64,000 bases of DNA, taken from contig DASXKW010000011.1 in NCBI GenBank assembly GCA_036496625.1, forward strand, positions 2,372 to 66,371, in the 5' to 3' direction. Below the pieces are notes generated by a model. That model searched no databases. It was not told the DNA's origin and worked only from the letters and a program-made list of their open reading frames with translations. Positions 56,153 to 64,000 of the stretch are shown piece after piece. Each line of letters starts with the position of its first letter. Position 1 is the first letter of the stretch. Position numbers and translations under genes: made by a program. This stretch comes from Solirubrobacterales bacterium (GTDB taxonomy: Bacteria > Actinomycetota > Thermoleophilia > Solirubrobacterales > 70-9).

Positions 56153-57595
56153 ATGGCGACCGCGTCCAAGGCGAAGCTCCAGAATTTCATCGGCGGCAAG
56201 GCTGTGGACCCGGCCGAGGGCGGCAACGAGGACGTGATCAACCCTGCGAGCGGTGAGGCGATCGCCTCGGCGCCGCTTTCGACCAGGGCCGACGTCGATG
56301 CGGCTGTGGCCGCGGCGAAGGGCGCCTTTCCGGCTTGGGCGGCGACGCCGCCAGGCGAACGGGCGCGGGCACTGCTGCGCATGGCCGACCTGGTCGAGGA
56401 GCGCGGCGAGCAGATCGCCGACCTCGAAGCCGCCGACGCGGGCAAGCCGCGCAGCGCCGTGGTCGAGGACGAAATCCCGGTGATGGCCGACCAGCTGCGC
56501 TTCTTCGCCGGCGCCGCGCGGACCATGGAGGGCCGCGCCGCGGGCGAGTACATGGAGGGACACACCTCCTTCATCCGCCGCGAGCCGATCGGCGTCGTAG
56601 GGCAGATCACGCCCTGGAACTACCCGCTGATGATGGCGATCTGGAAGATCGGCCCCGCCCTCGCCGCCGGCAACGCGATCGTGCTGAAGCCCGCCGAGAC
56701 GACGCCGTTGACGACGCTGCTCTTCGCCGAGTGGTGCGCCGAGATCCTGCCCCCCGGCGTCTTCAACGCGATCGCCGGCCACGGCGACCCGACCGGCGCC
56801 GAGCTGGTCACCCACCCCGACGTCGGCATGGTCTGCCTGACCGGCTCGCCGCCGACCGGCAAGTGGATCGCCAAGGCGGCTGCCGACACGCTCAAGCGCG
56901 TCCACCTCGAGCTGGGCGGCAAGGCGCCGGTGGTGATCTTCGACGACGCCGACATGGAGGCGGCGATGGAGACGATCGCCGGCACCGGCTACTACAACGC
57001 CGGCCAGGACTGCACCGCGGCGACGCGCGTGCTGGCCGCGAAGGGCGTCTACGACGACGTCGTCAGCGGCCTCGCCGGAGAAGCCAAGGGGCTGGTCCTC
57101 GGCGACACGATGTCCGCCGATACGACCCTGGGCCCGCTCAACTCCAAACGGCAGCGCGAGCGGGTCGAGGGCTTCCTAGAGCGCAAGCCCGGTAACGCCG
57201 AGATCGTCACCGGCGGCGTCCAGGCCGACCTGCCCGGTTTCTTCCTCGAGCCCGCCGTCGTCGCCGGCCTCGAGCAGTCCGACGAGATGATCCAGGACGA
57301 GATCTTCGGCCCGGTGATCACGGTGCAGCCCTTCGACGACGAGGCGAAGGCGATCGAGTGGGCCAACGGCACCCGCTACGGCCTCGCCTCCTCGGTCTGG
57401 ACCCGCGACGTGGGCCGCGCGATGCGGGTCGCGAACGCGCTCGAGTTCGGCTGCGTCTGGATCAACGACCACATCCCGCTCGTCTCCGAGATGCCGCACG
57501 GCGGCTTCAAGCAGTCCGGCTACGGCAAGGACCTGTCCGTCTACGCGCTCGAGGACTACACCGAGATCAAGCATGTAATGATCAATTTGGAATGA
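56153..57595 (+). CDS. NAD-dependent aldehyde dehydrogenase (aminobutyraldehyde/betaine-aldehyde DH-like)
   Basis: [16 protein letters not shown], catalytic Cys context NAGQDCTA. Confidence 0.9.
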   Translation: MATASKAKLQNFIGGKAVDPAEGGNEDVINPASGEAIASAPLSTRADVDAAVAAAKGAFPAWAATPPGERARALLRMADLVEERGEQIADLEAADAGKPRSAVVEDEIPVMADQLRFFAGAARTMEGRAAGEYMEGHTSFIRREPIGVVGQITPWNYPLMMAIWKIGPALAAGNAIVLKPAETTPLTTLLFAEWCAEILPPGVFNAIAGHGDPTGAELVTHPDVGMVCLTGSPPTGKWIAKAAADTLKRVHLELGGKAPVVIFDDADMEAAMETIAGTGYYNAGQDCTAATRVLAAKGVYDDVVSGLAGEAKGLVLGDTMSADTTLGPLNSKRQRERVEGFLERKPGNAEIVTGGVQADLPGFFLEPAVVAGLEQSDEMIQDEIFGPVITVQPFDDEAKAIEWANGTRYGLASSVWTRDVGRAMRVANALEFGCVWINDHIPLVSEMPHGGFKQSGYGKDLSVYALEDYTEIKHVMINLE

Positions 57596-59313
57596 GGATC
57601 GCCATCGCAGGGGCGGCGCTGGCCGCGGTCGTCTTCATCGCCGCGGCGCCGGCGTCCGAAGAAGAAGAAGTGCCGCGCTGCCACGGGCGGCGGGCGACGA
57701 TCGTCGGCACCGAAGGCGACGACGTCCTGCAGGGGACGCCCGGCCGCGACGTGATCTGGGGTGGCGGGGGCGATGACGCGATCTCCGGCAGCCTCGGCAA
57801 CGATCTGCTTTGCGGCGGCCCTGGGGCAGACGTGATTCACGGCGGGCGCGGCAACGACGTCGTCGACGGCGGCGCCGGCGATGGCGACCGCGTTTACGGC
57901 GACCTTGGCGACGACAAGCTGCTCGGTGGCTCCGGGAACTACGACGAAGTCGCGGGCGGCCTCGGCATCGACACGCTCAACGGCGGCCCGGGTGACTTCG
58001 ACTTCGTCCACGGCGATTACGGATACGACCGCATGGACGGCGGCCCGGGCAAGGGCGACATCGCCTCCTTTGCCACCGATGTCGGTGCCGGTCGCGATGG
58101 CGGCGTCAAGGCCTCGCTCGCGACCCACCGAGCCCGCGGCGACGGTCACGACCGCCTCTTTCGCTTCGAGAGCCTCGAAGGCTCGGCCTTCGAAGACACC
58201 CTGATCGGCAACCGCCAGAGCAACGTGATCGACGGCGGAGCCGGCGATGACGTGATCCGGGGAGGGGGCGGCAGGGACGAGCTGATCGGCGGCCAGGGAA
58301 GCGATCGCTGCAACGGCGCCAAAGGGCGCACCGCCTCATGCGGGCGGGAAGCGAAGCTGAAGGCCTCCGCCTACGTCGAACTCGACACCCCGCTCGATTC
58401 CGTGCCAGGTGGGGGCGGTGGCCTGGAGATCGTCGGCGGCGGCGGTCGCGACGACTTCACCGTCGCCTTCGACGAAGCCTCCTCGACCTTCGGCGTCACC
58501 GCCGCCAAGGGCATCGCCCTGGGGCCGGGCTGCAACCGGGTCAGCGCCGTGCAGGCGAGCTGCCCCAGCGACGGGCCGGCGCGTTGGCTCACGGCCGACC
58601 TGGGGCCCGGCCCCGACAGCCTGCGGGTCGCAGGCTCGCTGGCCGGGGCGCAGAACGTCCGCCTCGCCGGCGGGCTCGGCGACGACACGATCCACGGCGG
58701 TCCCGAGGACGACCTGATCGAGGGCGGCTACGGCGCCGATCGCCTCTACGGCGGCGCCGGCGCCGACGGGCTGATCGGCAGCCGGCCCGGGCCGACCTAC
58801 CTCTACGGAGGCCCCGACGGCGACCTGCTCGCCGCCGGCGGCGGCTGCGCCGGGGGCGCCCTGGTCGGCGGCCCCGGCCGCGACGACGCCTCTTTCGCCG
58901 AGACGCCCGCCCATCCGGGGATCCTCCACATCTCCTTTCCCGCTCACGCCGCCTGGATCGACGCGGTCCCCGGCTGCCACAAGGTCCATCTCTCGGCCAG
59001 CGACGAGGATATGGAGGGCTCCTTCGACAACGACATCCTCGTCGGCGACAGCCGCGCCAACGCGATGCTTGGCCAGCCGGGTGAAGACAGCTTCTACGGG
59101 GGGGGCGGCGAAGACGTGATCGACGCTCGCGATGGGGTGCGCGACAGGTCGATCCAGTGCGGTCGCGGGACGGCGCCGAAGCCGGGAAAGCCGATTCGCG
59201 GCAGCGCCGAAGGCCGTGCCCTCACCGATCCCTTCGATCCCGCCCCGGCGCTCTGCGCGGTCTCGAAGCACGGCCATCCAGTCGATGGCCTGGGCCACAC
59301 GTCCGAACCCTGA
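57592..59313 (+). CDS. Secreted calcium-binding RTX-like repeat protein
   Basis: Signal peptide [21 protein letters not shown]; many GGxGxD nonapeptide-type repeats; ATGA overlap with the ALDH stop. Confidence 0.75.
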   Translation: MRIAIAGAALAAVVFIAAAPASEEEEVPRCHGRRATIVGTEGDDVLQGTPGRDVIWGGGGDDAISGSLGNDLLCGGPGADVIHGGRGNDVVDGGAGDGDRVYGDLGDDKLLGGSGNYDEVAGGLGIDTLNGGPGDFDFVHGDYGYDRMDGGPGKGDIASFATDVGAGRDGGVKASLATHRARGDGHDRLFRFESLEGSAFEDTLIGNRQSNVIDGGAGDDVIRGGGGRDELIGGQGSDRCNGAKGRTASCGREAKLKASAYVELDTPLDSVPGGGGGLEIVGGGGRDDFTVAFDEASSTFGVTAAKGIALGPGCNRVSAVQASCPSDGPARWLTADLGPGPDSLRVAGSLAGAQNVRLAGGLGDDTIHGGPEDDLIEGGYGADRLYGGAGADGLIGSRPGPTYLYGGPDGDLLAAGGGCAGGALVGGPGRDDASFAETPAHPGILHISFPAHAAWIDAVPGCHKVHLSASDEDMEGSFDNDILVGDSRANAMLGQPGEDSFYGGGGEDVIDARDGVRDRSIQCGRGTAPKPGKPIRGSAEGRALTDPFDPAPALCAVSKHGHPVDGLGHTSEP

Positions 59314-59319
59314 GTCTCG

Positions 59320-60630
59320 CTAGCGGCCGCGGCCGTCGCTGTTGGCCACGGCGCAGGCCTCCTCGGCGCCGATGAAGGGTGCGAGGGTGACGTAGGTCGC
59401 GAGCGGCGCGATCTCCTGCATGCTCTCGGCGCCGCCGCGCATCACCTGGTCGTAGATCATCGAATAGATCGCGCCGCCGATTGCCTCGGCGGCGATTGGG
59501 CTGACCTTTGGGTTGAGCTCGAAACCGGGAATGAGCAGCGCCTCCATGCTGGTCATCACCTGATCCCGCTGTTCCAGCGCCCTCTTGCCGGCGGCGTATA
59601 CGTCGACCGCGCCCAGCGTCGTGTACTCGGGCTCGGCGGCGCAAAAGGCGAACATCGCGCCGAAGGCTCCCCGAACCGCGTGCTGCCAGTCGGGGGCGCG
59701 GCGGAAGGCCGGCAGCGTCGTCGCCAGCATCTGCGAGGAGCCGCTGTCGACGGCGGCCAGCATCGCCTCCTCCTTGTCGGCGAAGTTCGCGTAGAAGGTG
59801 GAGAGCGAGATCGAGCCGCGGGCGGCGATGTCGCCGATCGTCATCGCCGGGTATCCCTTCTCAGCGACGACCGAGGCAAGCGCGCGCAGGATGCGATCTG
59901 CGGGGTCGTAGCCGTTCGGAGGCCCGCCGTTGTGCGCCGGCCTGGCGTGCGGTCGGCGAAGTGGCGCGGGTGGTGGCGTGTACGCGGCCACCCAGTCCCA
60001 CATCTGTGGGATCAGCTCGGTCAGTTCCTCCTCCTCGTTTCGATACAGGCGGGTGTGGATGACCTTGCGCAGCCCGCCCACCATCGCCCGCACGATCTCG
60101 GGCGGCATGTTCGCCCGGCCCGGCATTTGATCGAGGGTCGTCGAGACGAACGCCTGCACGGAATCGATCGTGCGGTCGATCTTCTCGACCGCCTGCGGGC
60201 CGGCGGCGTAGATCTCGACGAAGCACATTCGCGCGGCGGCGGACTGTTCGACGATCAGGCGGATGAAGGCATCGAAGGCCCCCCGCGCGCGGGCTTCGTC
60301 AGGCGGTGGGCCGTCGTCGCGGAAGATGCCCCCGACCGTCGGCCCGACGAACGCCTGGAGCGCCGCGAGCAGACACTCCTCCTTGTCGCTGAAGTGGGCG
60401 TAGAAGGCACTGCGCGAGACGCCCGAGAGCTCGAGCAGATCCTCGACCCGGGTCCCCTCGTAGCCCTTCTCGGCGACCACGGCCACCAGCGCCGCGAACA
60501 GCCGCTCACGCTGATTTCGCGCCACCTCGTCGGCTGGCAGGCGCTGTCCCGGTCGCAGCCTGCGATCGCGCAACGTGCCTGCATCCCCCCACGGCGTCTT
60601 GACCATCGCGACCGGACCATAGCCGGCCAT
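59320..60630 (-). CDS. Fused tandem TetR-family regulator (two complete TetR units)
   Basis: Two HTH blocks: RNQRERLFAALVAVVAEKGYEGTRVEDLLELSGVSRSAFYAHFSDKEECLLAAL and ADRILRALASVVAEKGYPAMTIGDIAARGSISLSTFYANFADKEEAMLAAV. Confidence 0.75.
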   Translation of the reverse strand: MAGYGPVAMVKTPWGDAGTLRDRRLRPGQRLPADEVARNQRERLFAALVAVVAEKGYEGTRVEDLLELSGVSRSAFYAHFSDKEECLLAALQAFVGPTVGGIFRDDGPPPDEARARGAFDAFIRLIVEQSAAARMCFVEIYAAGPQAVEKIDRTIDSVQAFVSTTLDQMPGRANMPPEIVRAMVGGLRKVIHTRLYRNEEEELTELIPQMWDWVAAYTPPPAPLRRPHARPAHNGGPPNGYDPADRILRALASVVAEKGYPAMTIGDIAARGSISLSTFYANFADKEEAMLAAVDSGSSQMLATTLPAFRRAPDWQHAVRGAFGAMFAFCAAEPEYTTLGAVDVYAAGKRALEQRDQVMTSMEALLIPGFELNPKVSPIAAEAIGGAIYSMIYDQVMRGGAESMQEIAPLATYVTLAPFIGAEEACAVANSDGRGR

Positions 60631-60851
60631 ATCGCCACCTCCGCGGTGTGTTTGTGGTGCCGAGCGAACCGATGGTATGTCGAGTTCTTTTGGAACGCAA
60701 GTGTTCCCGAGTAAAAGATTTCCCTTTCCCGTGTTATGGAGCCATTTTGTGGGGGATTCAGGCCAGCCTTAACAGGAAAAGATAAGGGAAGACTTGATTT
60801 TTGCGTATGGCTATGTTCTTATATGGCGAGGCCATCGATGCCGCAGTGATA

Positions 60852-60953
60852 GCCGGTTCCCTGCCGGCATCTCCCGCCGCCGGCTCCCCTTCCGGCGGCG
60901 ACCAAGCAAACAGGGCCCGGGCCGGCGCCTCCCTCGCCGGCCCGGGCTGTTTG
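60852..60953 (+). ncRNA. Candidate small RNA or leader with three hairpins carrying C-rich loops (6C-like)
   Basis: GCCGG-TTCCCTG-CCGGC; CGCCGCCGG-CTCCCCTT-CCGGCGGCG; ~19-21-bp stem with loop CCTCCCT ending ...CTGTTTG. Confidence 0.25.
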
Positions 60954-60987
60954 TCCCAGCACTGGGTTGAACTATTAGGCTTCGCCC

Positions 60988-61182
60988 ATGGCCCGGAGCC
61001 CGAGCGAGGACGAGGCTGCCGCGATAGCGGCAGCGATTGAGCGTTTCCGCGCGGAGACGGCTCTGGCGCCTGGCGGTGGGGAAGGGGCCATCGGCCCGTG
61101 GCAGCGGGCCGCGCTGCTCGAGGGGATCGGGGCGAAGGGCACTGTCGAGGATTCAGAAGGAGGAGCGAAATGGCTGTCGTGA
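60988..61182 (+). CDS. Small hypothetical protein
   Basis: ORF with moderately G/C-rich third positions; overlaps dodecin start by 13 nt; no recognised domain. Confidence 0.35.
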   Translation: MARSPSEDEAAAIAAAIERFRAETALAPGGGEGAIGPWQRAALLEGIGAKGTVEDSEGGAKWLS

Positions 61183-61379
61183 AGATCATCGAGCTGGTTG
61201 GCAGCTCGAAAACCTCAACCGACGATGCGGCGAGGCAGGCCTTGAGCCAGGCTCAGGGCACCCTGCGCAACATCCGCGCCGTCGACATCGTCTCTACCGG
61301 GATTCGCGGCGAGAACCTGGACGAGTACCGCGCTCACGTGCGGGTGGCCTTCCTGATCGAGGGAACGGATATCGACTGA
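61170..61379 (+). CDS. Dodecin-family flavin-binding protein
   Basis: MAVVKIIELVGSSKTSTDDAARQAL...YRAHVRVAFLIE matches the dodecin pattern; GGAGGAG RBS. Confidence 0.8.
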   Translation: MAVVKIIELVGSSKTSTDDAARQALSQAQGTLRNIRAVDIVSTGIRGENLDEYRAHVRVAFLIEGTDID

Positions 61380-61513
61380 TGGCTCTGGGCCGGCGGGTCC
61401 TGTCGCCGTTTTGGCGCCGCCACCCCTGCGGGGGCGGCTGCGCCGCCTCCTCGGGGCGGTCCCCCAAAACCGCGCCACCCCCCGGCAGAGGCGTTGGCTA
61501 GATTTCCGCTTTC

Positions 61514-61912
61514 ATGAGTTCCGAGCCACCTGAAGTTTCACGCGAGCAGCTTCAAAAGCTGGTTGACGATGGCGCGCAGTTGATCGATGTGCGGGCTGAG
61601 CATGAGTGGGAGATGGGGCGGATCGCTGGCGCTGAGCACTTGCCGCTGGCCGAGCTTGCGGATCGGACTTCTGAGATCGACGAGGATCGGCCCGTTGTCT
61701 TCTACTGCCGTGGTGGCAATCGCTCGACGATGGCCACCGAAGCGCTGGTTGCCGCCGGCTACGACGCCAAGAAGCTGAGCGAGGGGATTGTCGGTTGGGC
61801 TGAGGCGGGGTTGCCGCTGGAGCCCGAGGGCGGTCAGGTTGCCGAGTCGGGTGAGGCGGCGGCGATCCTCCACGCACGAAAAAGACTGCCTCCAGAGCTG
61901 ACCAACCCCTAA
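61514..61912 (+). CDS. Rhodanese-domain sulfurtransferase
   Basis: Active-site loop CRGGNRS. Confidence 0.85.
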   Translation: MSSEPPEVSREQLQKLVDDGAQLIDVRAEHEWEMGRIAGAEHLPLAELADRTSEIDEDRPVVFYCRGGNRSTMATEALVAAGYDAKKLSEGIVGWAEAGLPLEPEGGQVAESGEAAAILHARKRLPPELTNP

Positions 61913-61951
61913 ATACCCTAATCCCTGTCAGGTTTTGCTATTTTTCCTGGC

Positions 61952-63787
61952 GTGGAGGTCACAGTCGATCAGGCGAAAGAGCAGCGCGGCAAGGGGCGCA
62001 CCGGAACTCTGGAGAACCCGGAGACCTACCGCAACGTCCCCGGCCACATCATCCCGATCATCGAGCGCGAGTTCCTCGACTTCGACAACGAAGCCGAGGA
62101 GTTCCTCGCCGGCAATCGTCTCGAAGACGAGTTCATCGGCTTCCGCCTCAAGCAGGGCGTCTACGGCCAGCGCCAGCCCGACGTGCAGATGGTCCGGGTC
62201 AAGCTTCCCTTCGGCGGCGTCACCCCGCAGCAGATGGAGGCTTTCGCCAGCGTGGTCGAGAAGTACGCGCCGCTGAACAAGGGGCACATCACCACCCGGC
62301 AGAACATTCAGATCCACCACATTCCGCTGCGCGACATGGAGTCGCTGCTGCGCGAGATCGCCGAGGCCGACCTCTCCTCTCGCGAGGGCTGCGGCAACAC
62401 GGTGCGCAACGTCACCGGCGATCCCTGGGCCGGCGTCGCCACCGACGAGGTCTTCGACCCGACTCCCTACGCCGGCGCCTACGCCCGCTACTTCGTCCGC
62501 CATCCCACCACGCAGCTGATGCCGCGCAAGATCAAGACCGCGTTCAGCGGCTCCGACGAGGACCGCGCGATCACCGGCATCCACGACGTCGCCTTTCTTT
62601 CGCGTGAACGCGACGGGGTGAAGGGCTTCGAGATCCGCGTCGGCGGCGGCACCTCGATCATGGCCCGGATCGCGCCCACCCTCTATGACTTCGTCGAGGC
62701 CGACAACGGCGACTACCTCAAGGTCTCTGAGGCCGTGCTGCGCATCTTCGATCGCCAGGAGTGGCTGCGCGCCAACCGCGCCCGCGCCCGGATCAAGGTC
62801 CTGATCGACAAGATCGGCATCGACGCCTTCCGCGAGCAAGTCGACGAGGAGCTCGAGGGCGAGTGGGCCGAGGAGCGTGACTTCGACGTCGAGCGGCTGC
62901 GCTTCGAGGACGATGAGGAGGCCAACGCTCCCGGGATTCCGCCCGAGCCCGCCTCGCCCAACGGCGACCACTCCGAGTTCGAGCGTTTCTGCGAAGGCAA
63001 CGTCCAGGCCCAGGTCCAGGAGGGCTTCTCCGCCGTCGAGGTGAAGATCTATCGCGGCGACCTCACCCCGGAGCAGTTCCGCGGCCTGGCGGCGATCATG
63101 CGCGACTTCACCGGCGGCTACGCCCGCAGCACCGTGCAGCAGAACCTGGTCCTGCGCTGGGTCCGCGACGAGGCGCTCTACGACCTCTGGCAGCGGCTCG
63201 GCGAGCTCGGACTCGACGAGGCCGGCGCCGACGAGATCACCGACGTGGTCAGCTGTCCCGGCACCGACAGCTGCAAGATGGGCATCACCAGCTCGATGGG
63301 CCTGAACAAGGCGATCAGGGAGCGCTTGGCGGAGATGGAGATCTCCGACGAGCTGACCCGCAAGATCCATATCAAGATGAGCGGCTGCCCCAACGGCTGC
63401 AGCCAGCATCACATCGCCAACATCGGCTTCTACGGCGCCTCGCTGAAAGTCGGCGAGCGCCAGATCCCGGCCTACATCCCGCACATCGGCGGCAACTACG
63501 AGGGCGGCGAGGTGATCTTCGGCACGCGGCTGAAGTCGCGCCTCCCGGCCAAGCGGGTTCCCGAGGCGGTCGAGCGCTGGGTGCGCCTCTACGAGGCGGA
63601 GCGCTCCGACGAAGGCGAGGAGTTCAACGCCCTCGCTGAGCGGATCGGCGCCGCCCGCTTCGAAGCGGAGGTCAAGGACCTGACGCTGCCGGCTGAGTTC
63701 AGCCTCGAGACGATGCAGGAGTTCATCGACTGGAGCCGCTCCAGCCCCTACAAGGTCGAGAGGGGCGAGGGCGAGTGCGCGATATGA
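61952..63787 (+). CDS. sir: Sulfite reductase (ferredoxin-type nitrite/sulfite reductase hemoprotein)
   Basis: Duplicated NIR_SIR domains; siroheme/4Fe-4S Cys cluster CPGTDSCKMG...CPNGCSQHH. Confidence 0.9.
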   Translation: MEVTVDQAKEQRGKGRTGTLENPETYRNVPGHIIPIIEREFLDFDNEAEEFLAGNRLEDEFIGFRLKQGVYGQRQPDVQMVRVKLPFGGVTPQQMEAFASVVEKYAPLNKGHITTRQNIQIHHIPLRDMESLLREIAEADLSSREGCGNTVRNVTGDPWAGVATDEVFDPTPYAGAYARYFVRHPTTQLMPRKIKTAFSGSDEDRAITGIHDVAFLSRERDGVKGFEIRVGGGTSIMARIAPTLYDFVEADNGDYLKVSEAVLRIFDRQEWLRANRARARIKVLIDKIGIDAFREQVDEELEGEWAEERDFDVERLRFEDDEEANAPGIPPEPASPNGDHSEFERFCEGNVQAQVQEGFSAVEVKIYRGDLTPEQFRGLAAIMRDFTGGYARSTVQQNLVLRWVRDEALYDLWQRLGELGLDEAGADEITDVVSCPGTDSCKMGITSSMGLNKAIRERLAEMEISDELTRKIHIKMSGCPNGCSQHHIANIGFYGASLKVGERQIPAYIPHIGGNYEGGEVIFGTRLKSRLPAKRVPEAVERWVRLYEAERSDEGEEFNALAERIGAARFEAEVKDLTLPAEFSLETMQEFIDWSRSSPYKVERGEGECAI

Positions 63788-64000
63788 ACCCCGTTGCCAC
63801 GCCGCCGAAAATCCAGGACCCGGAGGCGATCGCCGCTGCGCTCGAGGACCGCAGCGCAGAGCAGGCGGTCGAGTGGATGTTCGAGACCTTTGGCGAGAGC
63901 CACTACATCGCCTGCTCGTTTCAGAAAACGAGCTCGGTGACGGCGCATCTGGCGAGCAAGGTGAACCCCAACGCGCGCTTCTTCTACCTCGACACCGACG
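63784..64000 (+). CDS. cysH: Phosphoadenosine phosphosulfate/APS reductase, 5' part (continues beyond window)
   Basis: ATGA overlap with sir stop; AVEWMFETFG...IACSFQ N-terminal pattern; sulfur-assimilation context. Confidence 0.8.
   Translation, partial: MNPVATPPKIQDPEAIAAALEDRSAEQAVEWMFETFGESHYIACSFQKTSSVTAHLASKVNPNARFFYLDTD

Noticed and set aside
57700-59100. Repetitive DNA in the RTX-like gene as a possible CRISPR or tandem-repeat array
   Set aside because: The repeats are in-frame degenerate GGxGxD coding repeats without a regular repeat-spacer structure. No CRISPR-like array exists anywhere in the window.
60801-61040. 79-aa ORF across the hairpin region upstream of dodecin
   Set aside because: The translation is low-complexity and spans three strong hairpins, so it is more consistent with structured non-coding RNA.
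61380-61513. GC-rich partially palindromic stretch after dodecin (CGTTTTGG...CCAAAACG) as an intrinsic terminator
   Set aside because: The arms align poorly beyond 8 bp and there is no U-tract, so it is too weak to call.

Overview
High-G+C, densely coding actinobacterial-type chromosome segment (the phylum call is an inference from composition and gene content). Long antisense shadow ORFs are common and were ignored. Layout by region: (i) 1-12.6 kb holds ordinary genes: a DUF2236/MpaB-like protein, a short FtsH paralog, an FHA-LuxR regulator, two NodB deacetylases, an MBL hydrolase, a FAD-oxidoreductase/DUF1365/Cfa-like lipid-modification module and a secreted HExxH protein. (ii) tRNA-Asp(GTC) at 12614-12687 opens a composite genomic island. 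The last 15 nt of the tRNA (CCCGTCGCTCCCGCT) recur exactly at 27790-27804 and 36926-36940, and a degenerate copy lies near 25.7 kb. The tRNA-proximal segment looks like an integrative mobilizable element. Its backbone is a large serine recombinase, a replication-relaxation protein and a TraD/VirD4-like coupling ATPase, followed by a four-gene Xre/Xre/wHTH/acidic-protein operon. Its cargo is visibly lower in G+C: a 909-aa PHP-phosphoesterase/ABC-SMC-type ATPase fusion, convergent with a 763-aa Mrr-like nuclease/STAND NTPase. These two genes are the best candidate for an uncharacterised conflict (defence) module. After them come TA debris (DUF433/PIN-like pair, orphan MbcA/ParS-type antitoxin, DUF1778 fragment), a truncated tyrosine integrase and vapBC. 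(iii) 29-37 kb, still inside the distal att repeat, holds an ICMT-like methyltransferase, two ECF sigma factors with C-terminal extensions, CMD, VOC, cupin, flavin monooxygenase, carotenoid-cleavage oxygenase and PadR. (iv) 37-64 kb is mostly core or accessory metabolism: an acyltransferase-SGNH protein, three tandem TetR genes, tandem peptidase-E paralogs, ferritin, an amine/amino-acid catabolic cluster (APC permease, class III aminotransferase, PucR, Ald, ALDH) with a co-translated RTX-like protein, a fused double TetR, dodecin, rhodanese and sulfite reductase-cysH. Other non-genic structure: four nested-hairpin palindromic elements at 46.4-49.9 kb with a conserved core and covarying arms; a three-hairpin element with C-rich loops resembling a 6C-type sRNA at about 60.85-60.95 kb; and iterated motifs at the candidate oriT and operator regions of the mobile element. 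No CRISPR array, rRNA gene or transposase was seen.
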